From positions 251,906,001-251,970,000 of the forward strand of contig OZ024743.1 of NCBI GenBank assembly GCA_964016885.1: a DNA stretch of 64,000 nucleotides, written 5' to 3'. Both the position numbers and the translations under genes were made by a program. Shown here in pieces: positions 1-11,478 of this stretch (positions within the stretch are counted from its first letter, which is position 1; every line of letters begins with the position of its first letter). This stretch comes from Eledone cirrhosa. Its lineage: Eukaryota. The notes beneath the pieces are model-generated. The model was not told the DNA's origin and ran no database searches. It saw only the letters and a list, made by a program, of their open reading frames with translations.

Positions 1-939
1 AAAACGGGAAGACTGGCACACTGAGTGTGCTCAGGCGCTCAGGGCTCTCTGGCAAGCGGGCAAGGCCATCTGCGGAGAATCCACCTCATCATTCTATAGA
101 GGGCTGGTGGCTAGCAGGGGCGATGACACCCTTGGAGAGTCGCTGGACATGGAAGAGAACGAACTGGCCAGCCTGTTCCGTAGGACTTTCGGCCCGGGAC
201 CAATGGACAACTTCCAGAAGTCACTAGCCTGGCAGTGCTACCGGGGGCTCTACCCGTTCGAGAGAGGCTCTACAGACACGGGCGCCCGGGCAGGGATCCC
301 TCAAAAAAGATTTGCCCTAGATGCGTGCGTCACGAAGAAATCGTTGCGCACGCATTGGTGCACTGTCCGGGCGTGGCTGATCTGTGGGGCTATGCCGAAC
401 CACTGCTGTCGCGGGTGGCGCCGATTCAATTGACCGCCGAGTCCGTGATGACAATCAAACCGCCTCCCCTCTTCACAAAGGAAGCAAAGGCGGTTTTTCT
501 GTGCGTAATAGCCATGTTGAAAGAGGTTGTTTGGTGGACTCGATTGAAAGGTCTGAGGTCAGGCAACTTCCTCTCTGGCCATAGTCTGGCCTACTTCTTC
601 CGATATCACTTCGGAAGAAGGATAAGAATGGAAAGAGAGGTGCCTGGCCACAGGCAGTTTTATGAAAGGTGGGTGATAGTGGCGAGAATGGCTCGTGTAA
701 ATGAGCCTTCTCTGTATACCATCCTGTAGGTAAAGAAGTGAAGGAGAGGGGAGCACCTTCTTCATGTGCTCCCTGGGCAAAGTATTGCACACTTTTTCGG
801 GGGTGTGTGCAACCCCCATCACGTCCCCTCCCTTTTGAGGTTATTTTCGATTATTTTCATTTTATACCCTTTTTACTTGATTGTATGTAAACTCCCCCTT
901 TGTATTTGTCCCTTCTTTTTATGCCTTTATGGTAAATAA
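1..939 (+). mobile_element. 3' end of an L1/Tx1-clade non-LTR retrotransposon (zf-RVT C-terminus, 3'UTR, AATAAA)
   Basis: ORFs 107-433 and 235-729 join across a frameshift in the G-run near 243-247 to give FQKSLAWQCYRG/ALPVRERLYRHG...CPRC...EEIVAHALVHC...LW, a zf-RVT-type C-terminus. Stop at 729, T-rich UTR, AATAAA at about 935, then (TATC)n/(TA)n. Confidence 0.8.
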
Positions 940-1125
940 AGAAATCTATCTATCTATCTATCTATCTATATATATATATATATACACACACACATATATA
1001 TGCACTTACATAGACACATTTACAGATGTCAGTGTATGTATATATATATATATATACATACACTCACACTGACATTTGTGTATGTGTCTATGTAAGTGCA
1101 TATATGTATATATATATATATATAA

Positions 1126-1490
1126 TCATCATCATCATCATTTTACGTCTGCTTTTCCCTGCTTGCAAGGGTGGGATGGGAACTGATTCTGACTTGATTT
1201 CTACAGCTGGATGCCTTTCCTAACACCAACCTCATTTAGAGTGAGTGCTGGGTGCTTTTTTTTCCGTGGCACCTACACGTCCATTTTACAGTGTGGGCTG
1301 GGTGCTTTTTTGCCGTGGCACCTCCACGACCACTTTGCAGTCCAATCATCTCATTTCTAAAGCTGAGTAAACTGGAGCAATGTGAAATAAAGTGTCTTGC
1401 TCAAGGAAACAACACATCACCCGGTCTGAGAATTGAACTCACAACCTTTCGATTGCAAGCCCGATGCTCTAACCACTAAGCCATGCACCT
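1126..1490 (-). mobile_element. tRNA-derived CORE-like SINE (family A) with RTE-derived tail
   Basis: Minus strand has A box TGGCTTAGTGG, B box GAGTTCAATTC, CORE-like CCTTGAGCAAGACACTTTATTTCACATTGCTCCAGTTTACTCAGCT and a (GAT)n tail. Many copies occur in the window. Confidence 0.85.
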
Positions 1491-1508
1491 ATATTTATAT
1501 ATATATTT

Positions 1509-1658
1509 ATATGGCGGGTAAAATTCCCGAGATCCATGGACGAGTTCTCTCCAGCGGTCTCTGTCCCTCATTATCACTGCCATGTCCTGCGTCTCCAACA
1601 GACCAGTGTCTGTCCTTAGGGCATCAACATACGTTAACCTTGGTCTTCCTCTTCCAGT
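1509..1658 (-). pseudogene. C-terminus of an RTE-type LINE ORF (second RTE family)
   Basis: Translates GRGRPRLTYVDALRTDTGLLETQDMAVIMRDRDRWRELVHGSREFYPP*. A second copy of this end lies at 23524-23615. Confidence 0.8.
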
Positions 1659-1659
1659 G

Positions 1660-2058
1660 GTTAGAGGGAGCTAGAGCAAAGTGCCTTCCTGCGGTGATGG
1701 TTTTCATTGACTTTAGGAAGGCATTTGATTCTGTGAACCGTCACTGCCTGATGAAGATCTTACAGGCTTATGGAATCTCCAAGAAGATAGTGGACCTGAT
1801 ATCACTGCTCTACACCAACATCAAAGCCCAAGTCATTACACCTGATGGGATGACAGAGTTCTTTGAGATACTGGCTGGAGTGTTCCTGGGAGATACATTG
1901 GCTCCCTACCTTTTTATCATCGTAGTGGCCTATTGTATGTGCCTTGCACTCGAGAAACACCAGGATTCTGGCTTTACTGTAGCACCAGCTCAGAGCAGGA
2001 GAGTTAAGGTGAAAAAGATATCGGAAGCTGAATTTGCCGACGACATATTTCTGGTCAC

Positions 2059-2061
<3 letters not shown>
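1660..2061 (+). pseudogene. Reverse transcriptase fragment of an RTE-type LINE
   Basis: VFIDFRKAFDSV...GVFLGDTLAPYLFII...EFADDI, i.e. RT motifs, truncated by (TA)n at 2063. Confidence 0.85.
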
Positions 2062-2109
<48 letters not shown>

Positions 2110-2389
2110 TTGTATATATATATATATAAAGGGAGAGAGAGAGGAAGGTAAAAACCTGACTACAACACCTTTTCAAGAGTACTTTCTTTTATACCCATTC
2201 TGCTTCTTCCAATGCACAGAGTGCTCCCCTGCTGTGTGGTCTCTCTGGTCTCAGCACTGCAGACATTATATCACCATTATCATCGTCATCATACTTTTTT
2301 ATGGTTGTTTTTCCATGCCCATATAGGTTGGATGAGTCTTTCCAGCACAGCATCTCCTGATGAACTCAAACCTGCAATTTTAACCCCTC

Positions 2390-3100
2390 AGTAAACTCAT
2401 TACCTACATTCACCATGCTGACAGCTTCTCTGTACATGGCTTGCATTACTCTCACAATTCATTCTTCTACACCTAGTTTCTTCAGGTTCTCTGCCAAAAG
2501 TTTTCTTTAGATCAACAAACTTTAGATATAGTGGTTTACACATTAGCTGGGTACTTCTCTTGTATTTCTCCCAATTAAAAAGAGAGCATCTGTGGTGCAC
2601 ATACCTGGCACAAAACAAAATTGTGTCACATCTAATTCGGCTCTTTCCCTAAAACTCTTTCTATCACTTTCATAATTTGGTTCATTATTTTTATGTTCCT
2701 TTCTAGTGCATCACCTTTCCTCAGTGACTATCAGCAGGTTTAGCAGTTTTCATCTCCTTGATTGCTTCTTTGATTCTATAATTGTCCATTTCAGTAGCTG
2801 GTCTGTCAATTGGGTCTGCTATGGGGCAATATATCTTCCTCCCACTCATTCTCTACATTCATCAACTGCTCATAGTACATTTCCAGACCACTTATTTTTG
2901 AGCATCAGTGATACTAAGTGTACCAATGTCATTTCAAACCTTTCTGCAACAACGTCCTGATTTTCATAGAAAACTTCACGTCATTGATCCTTGTGTCTCA
3001 AGATATTGGCAAACCTCCTGCATTCATCTTCTTTGTCCTATGCATACCTGTTGCCTGGCTTTAACTCCAGCCAATCTATCATTTATTGAAACATTTGAAC
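2390..3100 (-). pseudogene. Old, heavily degraded RTE LINE RT fragment
   Basis: Minus-strand remnants QFCFVPGMCTTDALFL and KPLYLKFVDLKKTF match the RTE copy at 53810-54100. Confidence 0.7.
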
Positions 3101-3359
3101 AAAATGTAAGGTGATTCAATATATATGTGTATGTACATATGTGTGTGAATATATATATGAGTATGTGTATAAATGTGTATGTATATATGTGTGGTTCTTC
3201 TTTTTCTTAGCCTTCTCTCCATTCTTCCACCACACTTGGTGATTCTTATATTTACAGCAAACACTGTCCAAACTATTTTGAATTACAAACTTCCAAATGT
3301 CATTGAATCGGTCAGAAAATGTTATAACTACATCAACTTATTGTTATTGAATACTCTTT

Positions 3360-3526
3360 GTATATGTCTGTATGTATGTGTGTGTATGTATATATATATT
3401 TTCTTGTATAAATCTCTTTCTATATATATATTTATACACACAAACAGACACACATATATATATGTATATATATATATACACATGTATATATATGTGTATA
3501 TATATATATATATATACACACATATG

Positions 3527-3557
<31 letters not shown>

Positions 3558-3688
3558 GTATATATATGTGTATATATATATATATATACACACATATGTA
3601 TCTATATATACACATGTATATGTATGTGTATATATATACACACATGTATATATATACCCATATGTATATATATGTATATACACATATA

Positions 3689-3734
<46 letters not shown>

Positions 3735-3780
3735 CATATATATGTATATATATATACACATATGTGTATATATATATATG
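3360..3780. repeat. Compound (TA)n/(CA)n/(TG)n microsatellite, representative of many in the window
   Basis: Seen directly. Similar tracts at 6520-6680, 7790-8130, 13105-13230, 13495-13595, 36380-36520, 37235-37370 and 39655-40560. Confidence 0.95.
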
Positions 3781-4329
3781 TTCCCTTCAGCTTCTCTTAC
3801 CCGTGATACAGAGAGAAAAATAATCAACAACATGATTGTTCGTTTTTTTTCATTTGATAGTCATAGATTTTTATATCCCACACCTGATAGAATCTTCTAC
3901 AGGAGCATTTGGAATATATATTTTATGATGTATTTCTTACATTTATTGAATTTGTCTTAACCTACTATTGACACCTCAAGGGTGTAATGCTTTTAATCTG
4001 ATGAAAATGATTGGTCTGCTGTGTTGTAACCTACCGGAAGAATTCTATACTTGGCTCTTTCCATACGTATTGCATCTTCTTTTTTTAACCTTATTGTTAC
4101 CATATATCCAATGAAAACCAATGGATATGTTTCTTAAATCATTTCGAAAATAGTCAAGAATTATTTTTTTTACAATGAAGAAATATATTATAATATAACG
4201 CTAATATAAATTGGAAAACATTCCAGTGTCTTTTATGGTTATGAAAACAGAAAAGGAAGGGAAAGGCAAGGGCTTTAGTGTCACAGAAGAATGGGGAGGC
4301 TGAAGGGCTCTAGGGCATGGTGATATTGG

Positions 4330-4575
4330 GGCTGAGCTCCGCGGGCAAGACCACAAAAGAATTCCTGTGGACAATGGCCAGCGACACTCACTGCAACAGC
4401 CATCCCAACCGTGGGGCTCCTTCCTCAGATGGGCTGCTGACGTTCTGATCTTACAGAGGAACTCAGCAGTACAGGGTCCAAGTATATGTGAGGTCTTGAC
4501 AATGACCGGTGTAAAAAGGAACCAGCCAGACAATCCCCGGTATTTATTTATCTTCCTTCTGTGCAAGTGCACTCG
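4330..4575 (-). pseudogene. Restriction-like endonuclease C-terminus of a CRE-like non-LTR retrotransposon
   Basis: RRKINKYRGLSGWFLFTPVIVKTSHILGPCTAEFLCKI...EP/LGWLLQ*VSLAIVHRNSFVVL matches the K..KY...F.P..VET.G..G...L.QR.S.A..RGN pattern, with a frameshift and a TGA stop. Confidence 0.7.
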
Positions 4576-5392
4576 CCATCATGTAGGGTGTTTAAAACAT
4601 AACAAATTTTCTTGCATAAAATTATGATGGAAGCTCTTTTAGATAAATATAAATGCTTTAACTATTTCATTGCCATATTTCTAATGAAATATGATTTTTG
4701 AAATAATTTTCAAAATAATCGACAGTATTATTTAAATAAACATTTTCATTATTAATATCATGTTTGAAATATAATTTAAATTTCTTTACTTAAAATTATG
4801 ATAGAAGGTTTCTATTTCCTCCATCCTGTCTTTCTGTCACAATCAAATGAAATTGAGAACATATAGAAGTAACAGTAGTCATTAAGAAGGTTACAGAAGG
4901 TGTGATGAGAAAGCTTTGGTTATTAAATAATCATTAAGTTATCAAACTAACCATTGAATAAATTAGTTACCTGTCTAATAATGATTTCTTTATTATTTTT
5001 ATTTTTTATTTATTTATTTTTCTGACTAATTATTAAAACAAAAGTGAAACTCACGTTGATACCAAGTCAGATTCAGCTCCATGTAGTGTTACCTGGCAAA
5101 ATATGTATTATAATGCTTTACTAATGGGGCACTGTTTAGGAAAAAAATATTTTCTTGAATGATAATATACATATATACACGTATGTATAATAACTGTTCA
5201 TTGCATATTTGCCAACCATCAGACATAATTTAGCATGGAAAGAAGAAACTCAACTGATCTGCATTTTTATTGGCAGCCAAATTACCCTAAAGTACAATAT
5301 ATATTCAGGTGTGTGTGTGTGTGTGCCTTTGGTTCTTATCTTTCTGCATATATATACAAATATATATATATGCATATATATGCATATACATG

Positions 5393-5444
<52 letters not shown>

Positions 5445-5473
5445 CATATATATGTATATATATACATATATAT

Positions 5474-5700
5474 ATAAGTTATCCTGGATTCAAGCGCGGG
5501 TAACCACAGTACTCAATACATAGCAGAGTATAAATATTTAATATAGAAATGGCTTCTACAGGACTAGAACTATTTAATTCAAGAGAAAGTGGTTACTCCC
5601 GATTGAACCCGGTATAACTTATCTTTTAGCCCTCACAGTGCCCCGCTTAATGGGCTTCCTGATGATTTCTCCCGAATGAAATAGTTCTAGTCCTGTAGAA
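5474..5700 (+). mobile_element. Short Penelope-type terminal remnant with interlocking inverted repeats and a hammerhead motif
   Basis: Inverted repeats 5474-5507/5588-5621 and 5553-5587/5666-5700. GGCTTC-CTGATGA...GAAA...GTA-GAA at 5653-5700. Confidence 0.6.
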
Positions 5701-5848
5701 TATTTATATTATATATATATCATCATCATCGTTTAACATATATCTTCCACGCTAGCATGGGTAGGATAAACTGTCCCTTTATCAGAGATTAGGTCGGGGG
5801 ATTATGATTCGCTCACACAACTGATTTTGGCTTGGTTTCTGTATATAC

Positions 5849-5893
<45 letters not shown>

Positions 5894-6516
5894 CATATAA
5901 TAATAATAATAATAATAATAAGAAGAAGAAGAAGAAGAAGAAGAATGTTTCCAACAGTGCATTTGCTTCTTAGAATAATTTTTTATTTTGTGGGAGTGGA
6001 GAAATAATAACAGGAATATTCTATATATGTTAATGATGCATTTCTCATTAGTGAACAGACAATAGGGTCTTAACTTTCTTAATATCATAAATATAGCATT
6101 TGGAATGAATGTCTGGGGTAAAATATCACTGTGTACGAAATAAGTAAATCTGATGGATACCGTATTTTGCATTTTGGTGATGGGAATGAAGACTGACAAA
6201 TTTGATTCATTTATTTTTTGGTAGTTGATGCAAATGTATTTGGCCATGTTAATATCATTAGGATATCATGGGAATGTATTGAACATTTTGATATCATGGA
6301 AATGGGATATCATATAAGGCAGCTGCAACAATTCTGGAGAGTTTGGGAGAGAAGATTTGGTGGTGTCAGAATTGTTAGGATGTTACCTATGCATGTGGCT
6401 GCTCTGGTCTGGACTGCTCTACCTGTCAGTTTAGATGAACTTTGAGGTGAGATCATATCTCTCTCTCTCACCTTCAGTGTGTGTGAGTTTCTGTGTATAT
6501 ATATATATTTCTATGG

Positions 6517-6579
<63 letters not shown>

Positions 6580-6611
6580 AGTATATATATATATATATAT
6601 ATAATATGTAT

Positions 6612-6680
<69 letters not shown>

Positions 6681-6927
6681 TGGCTGCCAACTCGTTTTCG
6701 AGTACGGCCACTACTTTATATCCATGTAGGAGAACCCCTACCAATGCACTGAACAAGTGTGACGTTTTAGTCCAGCCAGCGACTTGAAAACTCTGGTACA
6801 AATACTACACTTGTGACAATTATTGACACATAGTGCTGGGCCCATGGTACCATGTGATGACAAGTGCAGAGAGATCTCCAGATATAAAGCAATGCCTGTG
6901 CCGTGAAGCTTTTATATATATATATAT

Positions 6928-7833
6928 GTAGATAAATCTACCAAAAGTTTACGGTAGTGTCCAATCCGTATGAAGAACTCAATGTAATCCGGATATCATG
7001 AAAAGAGAAGATGCATTCAAAAACTACTTTCGGTGAAAAATAAACGGAAAACAGAGTCAAGATAAATTAATAAAATAATGAATAAACAAAGAAACAGTTC
7101 CTTATATTAAAAAAATTCATCATTTTACGATCGTTTCTAGGATATATATGTGTTAGAGTTGGTATGCATGTTCTATAGATCTATGTACAATATTTATACA
7201 AAATATCAGAGGGAATATACATACCTACACATATATATGCTGTGCTCAAAAGGGCCACCCCTTATCAAAATAGTAGAAATGAATGTAGATTATGTTCCCA
7301 AGAACTTTTTGAAATAATGAAATCTAAGGATATCCTATTAAAAAAGCGACAGGAATTAATAATATCGTGTAATCATAAACTGAGAAAAACCTTTAAATAT
7401 TATAAACCTAATTAATATACACTTTAGAAATTAATTTATAATTCATTTTTAATTTAGTTAACATATAATTAATATTCTACTACTGATGAACTACATAATT
7501 CTGCTTTAAAAATTATAAACCTAATTAATATACACTTTAGAAATTAATATAATACTATTTTTAATTTAGTTAACCTATAATTAATATTCTACTACTGATG
7601 AACTACATCATTTTGCTTTCCTTCTTACAAATATCATTTCCTAAAACTGATACCATTAAGTAAACATATATAATGCTTTAACTTCAGGTTATGACTCTAT
7701 GTTCCTTGAAAACTATATATATTTACTATTTCTCACTAATAAATTTAATCCCCCCCCCAATAATTATATATATATTAAGTGTATATGTGTGTCTATATAT
7801 ATGTGTATGTATGTATGTATGCATGTATATATC

Positions 7834-7892
<59 letters not shown>

Positions 7893-7898
7893 ATATGT

Positions 7899-7936
<38 letters not shown>

Positions 7937-8031
7937 ATGTTATATATATGTATATATATATATATATATATAAGTGTATATATATATATATATATAAGTG
8001 TATATATATATATAAGTGTATATATATATAA

Positions 8032-8071
<40 letters not shown>

Positions 8072-8947
8072 ATGTGTATATATATGTATATATATATATA
8101 TGTATAAGTATATATATATATATATATATTATTTTTATATTCTTTTAATTTCCCCTCATCTTTAACACCACTTTTCAACTGCATCTAACTCTTATTTATC
8201 ATATCTATATGTATTAGTATAATTTTATCAATATAAATATACCCATCAATTAAATTAATTTATATTCTTTTCATAGATGTATTTTTTTCATTAACATTCT
8301 TATCTTAAAACTTTAGTCTTTGTACTGGCATTACTATTTTATAACAGCAACTGCTTGTATACCTTTTATTGACCACCTGACCTATTTTCACCCCTAAAAT
8401 AAGCTTCAATTACTACTATTTTACCATTTGGCCAATTATTAACTTTCTATTGGTTAATTCTAAACCTCTTACCATACAGACAGAATATATTAGATCTTTG
8501 TTGGTTTTATTCAATGAACAAATAAAATTATTTCTGAGGTCAGCATAAGACCTATTTCTTCCCTAAAATAATCCTTCATTCATAATATTATTTTCCATCC
8601 AAAACTGAAATCTACCTTCCTCTACCCATAATTTAAGGTTCTTCTACTACTATATTACTATCCTGACCCTCACTATCTCTCTATTGGTCAATTCAAAACC
8701 TGTTCCCAAACAGACCTATTGTATTGAATCTTTGTTTTTTTCAATAAACAAATATCATTATTTCTGAAGACAGCATATATATGTGTAGGTATGTATATTC
8801 CCTCTGATAGTTTGTATAAATATTGTACATAGATTTATAGAATATGCATACCAACTCTAACACATATATATCCTAGAAACGATCGTAAAATGATGAATTT
8901 TTTTAATATAAGGAACTGTTTCTTTGTTTATTCATTATTTTATTAAT
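6928..8947 (+). mobile_element. 5'-truncated Naiad-like Penelope element with an inverted terminal copy at its 5' end
   Basis: 7245-7415 encodes PYQNSRNECRLCSQELFEIMKSKDILLKKRQELIISCNHKLRKTFKYYKPN* (GIY-YIG C-terminus). 7067-7243 is an inverted copy of 8770-8947. Internal tandem duplications at about 7393-7620 and 8380-8775. Confidence 0.8.
8755..8896 (+). ncRNA. Type I hammerhead ribozyme-like motif with a 105-nt stem II region
   Basis: Stem I TCATTATTT/AAATGATGA; core CTGAAGA at 8764-8770; GAAAC-GATC-GTA at 8876-8887. Stem II pairs ATATATATGTGT/ACACATATATAT and GGTATGTATATTC/GAATATGCATACC. Confidence 0.7.
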
Positions 8948-9644
8948 ATATATATATATATATATACATACACACACAGACACATATTATTTATTTATGT
9001 TAATATGCAGAACAAAGGCTCTACCTAAGATTGTAAGGCCCAATATTGACCACATCTCCACTATATAAGGGGGATCAAAACTGTGACCTAATCTCCAGGA
9101 AATTATAGGAGTCTATATGATCCTGTTAAAAGTAAAGTGTGTTAAAATGCTAGTTTACGAAAAACATATTGTAACAAAGGGAAATAACTCCAAGATATAA
9201 ATAGTAGATTTGAAATAGTGAAGATGTACATTTTTTTAGTTTACATGCCCTATAGCATGTGTATGCTACTATGTATTGATATGCTATATAGAGATGGTAA
9301 TATTTATTAAGATATGGAATAAAATAATATAGAAGGTGTACTGTATTATGTAAGTGTGAAGAAAGAAAAGATATTAAGGAAATATATATATCATATTAAT
9401 CAAATCTAATCTAATCTCGCCAAGTTTACATTCACAAATAATATTTGTTTTGGTTGCTGAATACAATCAGGGGTTGCTGCTTCTCCTGAAGGTCAATAGT
9501 TCTCTTCTAATTCAAGCAGGAGCGCCTTTCCATTGTCAATTTGCATTGATCACCTCCAAAGTCACATTCTTCTCAGAACCACTACACCAGTCTTTTGATG
9601 CGTGCAGCTGGAACTACTGTCACCCATTGGTTTGGCAGGATCAC

Positions 9645-9783
9645 AACTCATTTCTACAGCTGAGTAAACTGGAGCAACGTGAAATAAAGTGTCTTGCTCA
9701 GGGACACAACACATCACCTTGTTCAAGAATCGAACTCACAACCTTTCGATTGCAAGCCGAATGTTTTAACCACTAAGCCATGT
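9645..9783 (-). mobile_element. Partial SINE family A (tRNA head plus CORE-like domain)
   Basis: Homologous to about 1348-1485. Confidence 0.8.
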
Positions 9784-10631
9784 GACTTCACAAATTAAGG
9801 TGTTTGAAAATCAGTTGAATTTGTTGAGTATTTCCACTTAGCAAGCAGTTGGAGACATCCTCTAAAACTTTTGTTCTTTGAGTACAAATAATTATTGTTT
9901 GGCGAAGACAAACCTTGTCATATTCTAAATTTCTCATTAAGACAGAAAGGACATCTCTTGGTACTATTGGTGTAAGGTCTGTAGCATTCAATTATCTTCC
10001 AAATATTGCTAGACTTTTTGCTAGGGTTGTACTGCCATTCAGAAACAGCAAACAGACCAATTTGTCCCTAATTGTTTAAGAGCCAACACATTGGGCAGCA
10101 AGAGATTCAACATATAATATCAAGTTGAAATTTAAGCAGAATGTTAGCATCTAATGACACATTTTCTATAGTTATCCTCCCCCTTTAACAAAGACAGCTT
10201 CTTACATGTCTTATACAAAATGGAATGCATTGCCATTAATTTCAATGATGAGTGTTCCAGTTGTTTGATCAATGGTGGATGGAATGAGTGGGGTGGGGCT
10301 ATTAATTAAATTAACATGTAAGTGGTTGAGTATTCCACTAACACATATAGCCTTAATGTAGTATAGGATGATTTAGCCCAGGTACAGTCCATCTTGTATT
10401 ATAGTGTAAGTGACTGAGTATTCCACAGAAATGTGTATCCTTAATCTTTAATGCAATTCTCAGGGAGATTCTACGAAGGTTTGAGCGAAAATCTAAGGCT
10501 ATAGAAAAGAAGATCAAAGGCTTAATATATAATGAGAAAACTAAAATAATACGTTGTAGAATATAATGAAAGATGTGTAAAGATAATAGTGACTAGTGGA
10601 ATATGTTATAGGACATCGGCTATATACTTTA

Positions 10632-11478
10632 CTAGCAGTGGTACCCGGCGCTGCACGGGATAAGGTATTTTGGAACGCGGGCCGCCAACAGACCTAATCG
10701 TGGAAAAACTGCATGCCTAGACAATATGTAAAGAAAATAAACCGAATACTCTGATGGATGGATAATCTTTAAGATTTTCCTCGATGAAGCAGGAAAGATG
10801 CAGGTTTTCACCTAATGCGGGCCCTAGGGGGATCAAGAAAATAATTTTTTTTTATGTGCATAATATGCCTTCAAATTTCGGGAAAAGCAGCTAGACATAA
10901 CGCCTCCAAAAAGCCCTAAAAAGCTGAACAAATGAAGTTTTTCACCTAATGCGGGCCCTAGGCCATAACAAAGTTGGATTTTCTTTGCTCACGGTATGAA
11001 GAACAGACTGACTAATACATAGTTACAATTTCAAGGAAATCGATCTGACGTAACGCCTCAAATAGCCCCTAAAAACCTGAAAAAAGCAGTTTTTCACCTT
11101 ATGCGGGCCCGAAAAGAATCGGTTGGGTACTTCTCGAGTTTTAGGGATTCAAACTCACAGACACACACACACACACACACATCCTCAGGGAAGTGACGTA
11201 ATGCAGACAGCCAAACATACATACAGATATTATAAGGGCGCGACGTTATATGTATGTATCTATCTAAAAAGAGAAGACTAAGAATTATAGAGAGAGATCG
11301 TTAAATCGCCTAATGCAGTCCCTAGGGCATTGAAAATTTGAAATTGTTTTGCTCAGAATACTCCGTAAAACATAAGTAGTACATGTGTAAAGTTTGAAAA
11401 CAGTCGGTTTGGTGCTTCTCAAGTTTTAGGGATTCAAACTCACATACACACAGACATCCTCAGTTTTATATATATAGA
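10632..11478 (-). mobile_element. Non-autonomous Helitron
   Basis: Minus strand starts A|TCTATATATATAAAACTGAGG and ends with hairpin CCCGTGCAGCGCCGGG plus CTAG|T. Internal repeats of TTTTCACCTAATGCGGGCCC. Confidence 0.85.

Noticed and set aside
3173-3960. Long ORFs rich in Y/I/C/V/H/T, here and throughout the ORF track
   Set aside because: They are translations of stop-free (TA)n/(CA)n microsatellites, not proteins.
9790-10130. Faint resemblance to a LINE (L2/CR1-group) C-terminus (AFNYLPNIAR...EPT)
   Set aside because: Too degraded to call by eye.
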